Below are positions 13,601 through 25,600 of a stretch of 64,000 bases of DNA, piece after piece. Made by a program: the position numbers and the translations under genes. Position 1 is the stretch's first letter. Each line of letters opens with the position of its first letter. This DNA is from Raja brachyura (taxonomy: Eukaryota): positions 9,734,001 through 9,798,000 of the forward strand of contig OY740813.1 of the NCBI GenBank assembly GCA_963514005.1, in the 5' to 3' direction. The notes below the pieces were generated by a model. The model searched no databases and was not told the origin of the DNA. It worked only from the letters and a program-made list of their open reading frames with translations.

Positions 13601-16600
13601 AAAACAATGTTTACTTTCAGTATTTAGAACTGTTTCACCGAGAAAATGTTTCTCACTGCATTGTCCAATTTAAATAATCCCCCATTATAAAGTTATGTTA
13701 TGTACACAAGGCAAATCATCACCATCTCTGAATGTTTTCAGCAGTCCATCATAAATCAGACATCACACTACAAATACAATACCCCAAAAAATTACAATTA
13801 AACAAGAATGTAGCATATTTTCCCTGACCATGACAATCTGGAGGGGATGTTAAGCTATGTTAAGTAATGTCATAAAGGATCGGAGTAGAATTAGGCCATT
13901 CGGCCCATCAAGTCTACTTCGCCATTCAATCATGGCTGATCTATCTCTTCCTCCGAACCCCATTCTTCTGCCTTCTCCCCATAATCTTCTGCCTTCTCCC
14001 CATATTCTCCCCATTTGATCAGCCATGATCACATTGAATGGCGGTGCAGGCTCAAAGGGCCAAATGGCCTACTCTTGCGCCTATTTTTCTATGTTTCTAT
14101 AACCTCCGACATTTGTACTAATCAAGAATCTATCTATCTCTGCCGTAAAAAATATCCAGTATTGGCTGCCACAGCCTTCTGTGGCAAAGTATTCCACAAG
14201 TTCCACCCTCTGACTAAAGAAATTTCTCCTCATCTCCTTCCTAAAATAACATCCTCTCATTCTGAATGACATCTCTAGTGATGTGAAGGGATAAAGTAGC
14301 TGCAAATTCAATACAAGTATATTTCAGGATCTAACAGGATCACTTTCCTAGAGAATCTAATTAAAGTTAGAATGTTCATGTTCATTCATATATAGTAAGT
14401 AAAAAATGAAAATGCTGTTAAATTTAAATTGACCTCGAGTAATCATCAGAATTATTTACAAGATGATTACATACATTAAAAACAAATTTGTTGTAGATTA
14501 TTATAAAATTACAGATCACCAGCTGCAAGAATACTTCAATGTTGAAGTATTCTCTCAGCATATGCTGAGAGAATGGAGCAGCTGGGCTTGTACACTCTGG
14601 AGTTTAGAAGGATGAAAGGGCATCTCATTGTAACTTATAAGATTGTTAAGGGCTTGGACACGCTAGAGGCAGGAAACACATTCCCGATGTTGGGGGAGTC
14701 CAGAACCAGGACCACAGTTTAAGATAAGGAGTAAGCCATTTAGAACAGAGACGAGGAAACACTTTTTCTCGCAGAGTGGTGAGTCTGTGGAATTCTCTGT
14801 CTCAGAGGGCGGTGGAGGCAGGTTCTCTGGATGCTTTCAAGAGAGAGTTAGATAGGGCTCTTAAAAATAGCGGAGTTCGGGAATATGGGGAGAAGGCAGG
14901 AACGGGGTACTGATTGGGGATGATCAGCCATGATCACATTGAATGGTGGTGCTGGCTCGAAGGGCCAAATGGCCTACTCCTGCACCTATTGTGTAATGTT
15001 GCACACAAAAGTTGAGAATTGCCAAACCACAAAAGATTAAATCTAAAATCCAATTACTGTTGCTAAGATTTAAACTTAGATCATTTGGCAATCAATTACT
15101 CTAATCGCTATAGCTACCAAATACACCTTTTGTTTAGATAAGCTAAAGGGGCTGTCCCACTTGGGCGACCTAATCCCTGAGTTCTGGCGAGTTTGCCCTT
15201 GACACAATCTCGCAGCATGGTCGACACGAGGTCGTAGGAGGTCTTTGTAACTCTCCTTCATGCTCAAGAGTAGTCCCCGCGTACTCGAGGCCTCAGCTAG
15301 GTCGTGGCGTATTTTTAAACATGTCGGAAAATGCTCGCGAGTACAAAAGGTCGCCATTGAAAAAAACGATACTTTTTTTACTCGTAGGTTTAGTCGTAGT
15401 AGGTTGGCATGTTAGGCGTAGGTAATCGAGGGTATTTTAAGGTAGTCGTAGATAGCCTTCATCATAGTCGAAGGGAGGTCGAAGGAGATCGTCTTCACTC
15501 TCCACTATTTGGTGTCCAATTTTCCCGAAGTTAGTCGTAGCTAGTCTTCAACATAGTCGAAGGAGGTCTTCAACATGACATTTTTGTCAAACTCTCCTAA
15601 ACTCGGCAATTAGGTCGCCCAAGTGGGACAGCCCCTTAATGCTCAGGAAAAGTTACTGAACTCCATCAGTGTGTATTTTATTGGAACAGAACGTATTTTT
15701 AATTCATGTTTTCAATTCAGCCACAAAAAAAGATACCGCAGACTCACACAATGTTCATAAAATGCTAACAAACTTATTAAAGGACGTCTGCACTCATTAT
15801 CCAAACTATTTTAAATGATTTCATTTTCTCAATTAAAATATCACCTGTAAACCTTAGAAAAAGTTCAAAATTTTACCAAGAGGTGAACATTTCATAAGTT
15901 ACAACAATATTAAAATAGCCATTTAATCTATAGTCTCAGTCATTGTATTCTTGCTAATAACTTTCAACAGTATGATCCCACCTGACATCTGCTGCATTAT
16001 TAGGGTACGCTGTAGCATAGGATTAGAATTAATGAGTGTAGTTTGACTGGACGGATGCAAGTTTATCTGAGGCATTTGCTTCTGCTGCCGCTGAAGTTGG
16101 TGCCGTGGCTGTTGGAGAGGATGGCGAGGATGAAACGTTTGAGCCTGTTGCTGCATAGCCCTACAAAGAAAATTATCTACATATAAAAAACAATATTTTC
16201 CCAACAGGCACAATTATTTGTGGATTAAAGTCAAAATGTAATAGATCATAGTATTCTGATACACAATAAGTGACACCAGCAATTTTAATTCTTAATGAGT
16301 GGAGGCAATTCATTGAAGGATTGTGTTACACAACCATCTGTCGATATACTAATTGATACCCGATCCATTATTCCAATTCTCTATTGGGACACTTTTCCCT
16401 TGTTAAAACATTCATTTAAATGATCACTGCACTAAGTTCCTATTACAGCCTGACAGCAAGACTGGTATAAATCAAGCCAGCCAGGCATGTGCACATGTGA
16501 AGCTGTCAGAATCATTTTTTTGGTTCAATAAGTGCAAAAGTCAACATTTTTATGGCACAAATGTGTTTCCTGAAATTAAGAATGGAAATATCCCCACGTC

Positions 16601-19600
16601 ATTCAACTATTGAAAACACTGCGACAAAAAATATATTCACAAATCCACCCTTCAACATCAGATTTCCTATTTAGATTTACCTATTATCAGATTTACAAAA
16701 CCTCAGAGTCCTCCATTCCGAAGGCTTAAAGTACTGCTTCTTAGAGCTAGTGCATCAAACTGTTGAAACATATCATTGCAAGCTTTGAATTAATATTTTT
16801 TAATTTATTATTGGTGCCATTATTAGTCAAATCCCTGACCCCCAACATGGGACACTGGTATAGCAATTCATTCCCTAACAGTTATGAGGCCATAATCAGA
16901 ATTGTTTTACACTATGCAATTTGCGTTTCTGTGCCTTGTGATTCTAATTGTATCACTTGCTATCATTTTGCCTAGAGTTGGGTGTTGTAAAATGAACTGT
17001 GACTTCATGGGTAGTACTCTGAAGTATAATTTAGTTTGCAGTAGTTTGAAATCCCACCCACAGTCACAAGAACGCAAATAAGTTTGCAGTTCGAGATGTC
17101 AGCTTTTGGATGGAACGTCAAAATTCAAAATATCCTGTGTTACTATTTTTAGAGAGAGTGATGTGCGCCACAGCTTCTGGTCAACCTTAATCTATCAACA
17201 CTGAAATAGATTATCAGGTCAACAGTAAATGTGGTGTGTATAAACTAACCCACGCTTTTCTTGTATTTCCAATACTCTATTGGCCAGATATTGCCAATGG
17301 TCAATTTTGTGAATGGTCAATGTTCACTTTTTCTTTAACCTATCAAGGAGTACTTTGGAAAGATCATATATGCATATAAAACATTAAAAACCTTTGCACA
17401 AATCATAAAGTAAGAAAGCAGGCTAGGCACTTTAATAAAAGAATGAAAACTGAAGGGAATGTCATTTGGAGGCTATAGATCTTAAGACCACAGCAATTGC
17501 TTATCCAATAAGGGAACCTTAACATCCAGCAATACATAAAACTATCCTTTAATCTGTTAAAAGACAGTTCTAAAACTAAAATGTACAGGGAATTGAATGG
17601 TAATCACAAAAATCATCGATTGGTGGTACAAGAAAAGGTCCTGTATTTTTGGTGCATTCATTCACACCAGAGAGTCAATGAAATGCAAACCAACCATGTC
17701 TGAGAAGCTTTCAAGATGCTTGACAGCCAGAAATCTCATTCAACCTCCCCAGCCACGTTGTCTTAAAGCAAGTTTCTGTGATACACCCCACCACAGCCGT
17801 TATGATCCAACAGTGCTGCACTCCTAATCGGCAAACTGTTAACAAGATCATTTAAGGCTTAAAAATTGGCAACAAAGGCTTCTGTTCACAGATCCACAAT
17901 CTCACATGATGTAAAGTCATACAGTACGGAAACTGGCCCTTCATCCCAACATATCCATGCCAACCAAGGTGCCCATCTAAACTAATCCCATTTGTTTGTC
18001 TTTGGCCCACATCCCTTTAAACCTGCCTTATCCATGTACCCATCCAATTGTCTTTTAAATGTTACTAGACCAAGTGTAGTCCCCAACGCAAGATTCCACC
18101 ATTCCCCCAACGTAATATTGTACCACTCACGCATAGCCCCCAACTGCACAAGCATGGCTCATTTCTCCTCATCCCCCAGCACTCCCTCCTCCTCCTGCTC
18201 TTCACCCTCCCTCTTCAATCCCTAGAGAGGGAGGGGGGGTAGAGAGGGAGGGGGGGCAGAGAGTGAGGGAGGGGGGGTAGAGAGAGAGAGGGAGGGGGTA
18301 GAGAGAGAGAGAGAGAGAGAGGGGGTAGAGAGAAAGAGAGAGAGGGAGGGGGTAGAGAGAGAAAGAGGGGGGTAGAGAGAGAGAGGGGGTAGAGAGAGAA
18401 GGGGTAGAGAGAGAGAGGGAGAGAGAGGGGGTGGAGTAGAGATAGAGCGAGGGAGGGGGTAGAGATAGAGAGGGCCTGGTTCTCGTACTCGGCCCTGGCT
18501 GTAGACTCCAGCTGTCAGCTCGGCCGCCGCCTGGGCCCCAGTCCAGGCTCCGACTTAATTTCCCAGGCTCTTCCTTGGTTCCAGCAGCGGCTTCTTTCTC
18601 ATTCCCATCCCAAGCCCCGGGCTCAGCCCTCACTCCAGCTCAAGCACCAGGCTCGGCTCCGGCCCAGGCCCAGTTTGCCGGGCTCGGCCCGGTCACCATG
18701 CTCCCCACCAGGTACCGGGCGGGCGTCAGCAGCCGCCGCCACTCCTTGTTCACCGCGAGCACTGGAGCACCCCTCCCTGCTGGAGTATCCCATCCTGCCT
18801 TGCGACTGCATTGTGATTTTTTTTTCCAAAGTGGGTGATTTTGAAGAAATCGGGCTGTTTTTATAACTTCGGAAATATAGGTGGGAATGCAACGGAAAGA
18901 TGTTTATCGCCACGATGGGAAAAATGTGAATAGGATATGTGAAAATGGGAAGGCTGTGGCCTAGCGTTTGGAAGAAGATAGGAAATCAGATTGACACATC
19001 GTGGGCACAAACAAGACAAAGACTTTTAGTATTATAAACTAGACCAAGTTGCAGACCTGTTGGGTCTGCTCCCCCAACGCAAGATTCCACCATTCACCGA
19101 TTCCCCCAAGGCAATATTCCACCACTCACGCATACCCCGCAACTGCGCAGGCGCGGCTCATTTCTCCTCATCCCCCAGCACTCCTCTTCACCCTCACCTC
19201 TTCAATCCCTAGAGGGAGGGGTGGTAGAGAGGGAGGGGTGGTAGAGAGGGAGGGGTGGTAGAAAGGGAGGGGGATAGAGAGGGGAGGGGGATAGAGAGAG
19301 CGGGAGGGAGTAGAGTGGGGGGGGGAGGGTAGAGGGAGGGGGCAAGGGTAGATAGGGAGGGGTCATCTCCATTTTCCACCCCATCTCCCTCGTTCACACT
19401 CCCCCCCCCCCAATCTCCCTCTACCACCCCACTCCCTCATCCTCTTCCTATTCCCTAGGATCTACCCAGGCCTAGTTCTCATACTCGGCCCAACCATGGC
19501 TGTAGAATCCAGCTGTCAACTCGGCCGCCGCCTGGGCTCCAGTGCAGGCCCCGACTTAATCTCCGGGCGCGTCCCTGACTCGTCCTTGGTTCCAGCGGCA

Positions 19601-22600
19601 GCTTCTTTCTCGGCCCCGGGCATGACCCCATGCCAAGCCCCGGGCTCAGCCCTCACTCCAGCACCAGGCGTGCGTCAGCAACCGCCGCCACTCCCCGTTC
19701 ACCTCAACTACTTGTATCTACCTCAACTACTTCTTCTGGCAGGTTAAGAAGGGGTATCCCAAAGATGCTGTAATCATATAATGTATTCAAGATAGGAGAC
19801 AAGTGCAACTGAGCTAACTATATAAACGTTTTACTGTAGTGATAGTGATACTATGTGGAAACAGGCCCTTCCTAATGGTGAAGGAAAAGGAGAGGTGCAA
19901 CGAGACCTGGGTATCCTTGTACATCAGTCACTGAAAGTAAGCATGGAGGTACAGCAGGCAGGGAAGAAAGCAAATGGCGTGTTGGCCTTCATAGCGAGAG
20001 GATTTGAGTATAGGAGCAAGGAGGTCAGACTGCAGTTGTACAGGGCCCTGGCGAGACCATACCTGGAGTGTTGTGTGCAGCTTTGGTCTCCTTATTGGAG
20101 GAAGGACATTCTTGCTATTGAGGGAGTGCAGCGTAGGTTCACCAGGTTAATTCCCGGGATGGCTGGACCGACATATGATGAAGGAATCGATCGACTGGGT
20201 TTATATTCACTGGAATTTAGGAGGATGAGAGGAAATTATATAGAAACACATAAAATTCTTAAGAGGTTAGACCGGCTAGATGCAGCAAATTTTTTCCCAT
20301 TGATGGGGGAGTCCAGAACCAGGGGTTGCAGTGTAACGATAAGGGGTAGACAAATTAGGACTGAAATGAGAAAAAACCTTTTCACCCAGAGAGTTGTGAA
20401 TCTATGGAATTCTCTACCACTGAAGGCAGTGGAGGCCAATTCACTGGATGTTTTCAAGAGTTAGATATAGCTCTTAGGGCTAACGGAATCAAGGGATATT
20501 AGGAAAAAGCATGAATGGGGTACTGATTTTGGATGATCAGCCATGATCATGTTGAATGGTGGTGCTGGCTTGAACGGCCGAATGCACCTATTTTCTATGC
20601 TTTTTCCGCCCAACTTGCCCACACAGACCACCATGTCCCATCTACACTAGACTCACTGGCCTGCATTTGGCCAATATCCCTCCAAACCCGCCCTGTCTAA
20701 TTGCTTCTTAAATGTTACGTTAGTCCCTACCTCAACTCCCGCCTTCGGTAGCTCATTCCATACACGAACAACCCTTTGTGTGAAAAAGCTATCCCTCAGG
20801 TTCCTTTAAAATGTTTCTTTCCCCTTTCACCTTAAACCTATGCCCTCTGGTTCTCGATTCCCTTACTTTGGGCAAGAGACTCTGTGCATCTGCCCAATCT
20901 ATTGCTCTCATGATTTTATACACCTCTACAAGATCAGCCCTCATCCTCCTGTGCTCCAGGGAATAGAGCCTGCTCAACATCTCCCTACAGCTCAGATCCT
21001 TGAGTCCTAGCAACATCCTTGTAAATCTTCTCTGCACCTTTCCAACTTAAACACCATCTTTCGAATAACATGGTGCCCAGAACTGGACACAATACTCTAT
21101 ATACAGTTTCACCAACGTCTTGGAGAAGACGTGTAGGAAGGAACTGCAGATGCTGGTTTAAACCTAAGATAAACACAGAATGCTGGATTTACTGAGCGGG
21201 ACAGGCAGCATCTCTAGAGAGAAGGAATGGATGATGTTTTGGGTCGAGACCCTTCCTCAGACCGCTGTCAGGGGAGAGGGAGATACATAGAAAAGGAAGT
21301 ATGTTGTGACAACAGGACAAAAAGAATGGAGATCACGGAAAATGTAGAATAGATCAGTTAGCTGGGAGAAAGTAACAACAAAGCAAACAGAGATAAAAAT
21401 GTAGTCGGTGAGAGTAAAACAGATCGGAGAACTGGGAAGGAGGAGGGATGGTGAAACCGGCGATATCAAGCGCAGGCTCGGCGATCATTTCGCTGAACAC
21501 CTCCGCTCATCCGCCTGCCTGATCTCCTGGTTGCTAAACACTTTAACTCCCCCTCCCATTCCCACACTGACCTTTCTGTCCTGGGCCTCCTCCATTGTCA
21601 GAGTGAGGCCCAGCGCAAGTTGGAGGAACAGCACCTCATATTTTGCTTGCGCAGCTTACACCCCAGCAGTATGAACATCAACTTCTCTAACTTCAAGTAA
21701 CCCTTGTTTTCCCTCTCTCTCTCTCCATCCCTACCCCTTCCTAGTTCTCCGACCAGTCAACCCAAAATGTTACCCATTCCTTCTCTCCAGAGATGCTGCC
21801 TGTCCTGTTGAGTTACTCCAACATTTTTTATCTATCTTCGATGTAGATGACAAACTGCAATGGGCACACCACCAGTCATAGACCTCCAGTCCGAGAAGCA
21901 ACCTTCCACCATCACACTCTACTTTCTTCCATGAAGCCAATTTCTATCTATTCAGCTATATCTCCTAGGATCCCATGTGATCTAACCTTCCAGAGCAGCC
22001 TACCATGTCGAATGCTTTGTTGAAATCATGTCTTCTACAGCAGAAGTCACTGTCAGGGTCATTCTCATCTGCCTCCTCCCAATGGGTGAAGTGCTGCATC
22101 TCTTCTGAAGGCTCAGTGGACCTTCAATGCACACCAGCTCCAGGGGAAATACTGGAAGTAGCACTAGAAACTCTACATGGTCTTTTGATCTCCTTATTGC
22201 CTTGGATTAATTGATGCAGAAAATTACTCCACAAATTACGCTGCCCACATTAATCCGACATCCTATGTTTGCATGTAAGCCATAAACCTACAGAATCATT
22301 GTCAGAGAAGACCAACGGCAAATAACGATGCATCAACTTGAACTATGAACATATGAATTTATTGTTGTCCAGCACTTTTTTCAATGCTGTAACACCTCCA
22401 AAAATAAAACACTTTCCAGTGGAACAGAACTAATTTCCTCAACTAATGTAAAACTATTTAACTAATGGTAATTATACTAAAAACCATGCTGTCATCTTAG
22501 TTAAGTTACAGTATGCAGTTAAGTTACAGTAGGCAGACAATGTTTCTGTTTTCTCATGCTCAGAGGTTGAAATGCAGGTCATCACCAACTCGTACACAAA

Positions 22601-25600
22601 TGTCCACTGGACAGCATCCTCTGCTAATGTATCTTTGCTCACAAATGTAATTTTCTGACAATAAACGTTCAAGGGAAAAATGGACCATATATCAAGGGAA
22701 AAGCAGACATATATTAATGATGAAATTCACCATTGCCTTTAATATGCCACTATAGACTTTGGTCAGCTGGACAGAGGGTGTTTGAAGATCAAAATCTTAC
22801 GTCTGGCACAAAACCTATGGGCTACCAGGCCAGTGATCCCTGACCTGCTATATGCTCGTGAAACGTTGTCTACCCAACAGCAACGTTGCCAATGTTATCG
22901 CTGCAAAATCCTCGCATGTTAACCGCGTGAATTAATGCCAGTGTCTTCATACTAAGTTCAGAGAAAATCAACGGCAAATTTTGTCTTGCAATATGATTTC
23001 TGTTTGGGTTACATGTGTGCAGACCAGAAACATCGTCTTTCGAGACTGAGAGCTCCCAATGAGTACATACCATTAACTGATAGATTGTTGTGTCTGAAAT
23101 ACAGTACACATTATTTACAGCGAGGTCTGCTGCACCTGCTGCTCCTAGAACCTGCAGCAACATTAGGCATCAATTAAAAGTACCCAGTGCAGCATTTACA
23201 TTGCACTATCATGTGTTGCATGCATTCTACCAAACACTGGTTCTGCTTGCATAAGGAAAAGAACTGTTCATGCAGTTTCCAGATTTCAACCACATTACTT
23301 AGAGAGCCAATTTTGCAGCAGATATCGTTCATGCATCATTCATTCCCACTGCCTTACAATGAATCGTGGAATTGAAGATCATAATTATACAACTCTTATT
23401 CTTGTGTTCAAATCTCCCTTACCCCATGCTTATTCTCCAAACTTCTCCATTGAGACACTCCTTAATCCATCTTTTAGTTGCCAATCTAATTCTTATTTGG
23501 ACATGGTGTCAATTTTTATTAAATTATGTTTATGTACTGCTTTAGAACATCCATACTCACAATACCATTCATATCGCAAGTAAGCAAGTAAGTAAGTTTA
23601 TTGGCCAAGTATTCACATACAAGGAATTTGCCTTGGTGCTCCGCCCACAAGTAACAACATGACATACAGTGACAGTTACGAATGACTCAGAAAACTCTAA
23701 ACATTAATAATAATAAAACACCATTGATCAAGCATGTGAACCAACAAAATACCAGAACAAAGAACAGATTTTTGGCTGTTGAGAAGAGCATCTACTCGTG
23801 GATAAAAACTGTTTTTATGTCTGGCTGTGGCAGCTTTGACAGTCTGGAGTCGCCTTCCAGAGGAAAGTGATTCAAAGAGTTTGTGGCCAGGGTGAGAGGG
23901 GTCAGAGATGATCTTGCCCGCTCGCTTCCTATTGCGATCTTTCAATGAATGGATTCGATGGAATACATGTTTTTTATTCAACAACATACAAAGTGCTGGA
24001 GGAATTCAGCAGGTCTGGCTGCATCTGTGAAGGGAATGGATGGGTGCTGTTTCGGGACAGAACCCTTCTTCAGATTGGTTGTAGTTCGGAAGAGAAAGCT
24101 AGCCTTTTTTAATTATTCTCTACTTTAAAATGTTAAACTCTTTCAGAGTCAAAAACAATTAGATTCAGCTTGGACATTTTGCTAGCATGCTTTCAGCCAA
24201 GTCATAAAATTGCCTGTTACAAATTTTAAAGTCTTAATGAATGAAGACTCATGACTTTATGCATTGTGTATGGTGAAGTAGGACAATAAGACAATGAATC
24301 TACAAAGAGATTGAAGATGTTAACAAAGCACAGACATTAAATAGTCAGGGGAGCATAGGCACTAAGCAATTTAAACTTTAGCCTGGGGACAGGATGTAGG
24401 TTACAGAATAAACACTCAAAAAAGGCAAGGCAACTGAACAATCTCAAACTCTCATGAGGCAATGAATGAGGAGACCCAGTGATAAATAAATCAAAAGTGG
24501 TTGATCACCCAAACAGAGTGTGCAGCTGTATTTTGCCTATTTGTAACTCAGTGGAAGAGGCTTCTAGCCATTTCCCTACATGCACTTGAATAAACCACTT
24601 GCATCTTAAGATCAAGCCATGAGGACCAACTCTGTTACTCAGAATTACCTGTCTACCCTGTACAACATTGAAACAAAGCAACTTCACTTTCCCAGGATGT
24701 TAAAACTGGTGTACAGATGGACAGGAGTAATGTTGTCTGACCCAGTTTCAAATCAGAGCTTTAAAGTGTAATTATATGTGCACCATACACAGAAAACAAT
24801 TGACCTGCACTCACCTTCTGCAAATGCTAATTAAGTAAGTTTATTGGCCAAGTATTCACATACAAGGAATTTGCCTTGGTGCTCCGCCCACAAGTAACAA
24901 CATGACATATAGTGACAGTTACAAATGGCATTAACTTGCCTGGTTTATTGACATTACTGACTTGCCTGGTTCAGTGACATTATTAACTTGCCTGGTTTAG
25001 TCAATATTGTTCCCAGAATTTAACAACTCATAAAACTTCTTTTAAATAGCCTGAAAGATAACTGCTTCAAATTATGTTGGAAATGAAAATCAAATGCACC
25101 TTCTGCATCCTCCACTGCTCCTAATATTTTGTCATATGATGATGAAATTGAGTGCAAGTTGTTTTCTTGAGTCTGCTTGTGGACCTAGTGGAAATGGCCA
25201 TCACAGGATAAAACTTGGTTAGTGGGGAGAGAATAATTATTGATGCCTCACTTCTTTTCACAGATCTTAGCCGGGTTGAGGTGACTCGGGAAAAGGAATA
25301 CACTTTTTTTCCTAAAAATGACATATTTGTACTTGTTTTCTATGGCAATATAACAACAGATACCAGGTTTCCCATTTGCTTCATTGAGATCGTTTGAAAT
25401 ATTATATGTGTTTGTTTTAGCATTGACAGAGATGGTGGCATCCCATGCAGGTCATTTGCCATATCTAAAGTTCCAGCCTTAGTTTAGAATGTACATAAAT
25501 AGTAATATTTGCTTGAGCATTTCTCACAACCTCTGGATCTCCAAAAGTATTTTATATGATAGTAAGTACCTTTGAAGGGTGGAAATGGCGCAATCTCGGA

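Noticed and set aside
18202-19747. Pro/Ser/Leu-rich ORFs
   Set aside because: Translation of GA microsatellite and GC-rich repeat
19853-20464. 203-aa ORF as a host gene
   Set aside because: It is the C-terminus of CR1 ORF2, and the ATG comes from flanking repeat sequence
24930-25008. Short direct repeats as CRISPR-like array
   Set aside because: Eukaryotic intron, no unique spacers, no cas genes; a minisatellite
25095-25470. Exon-like unique segment in CIZ1 intron 1
   Set aside because: Stops in all three minus frames; no recognisable product
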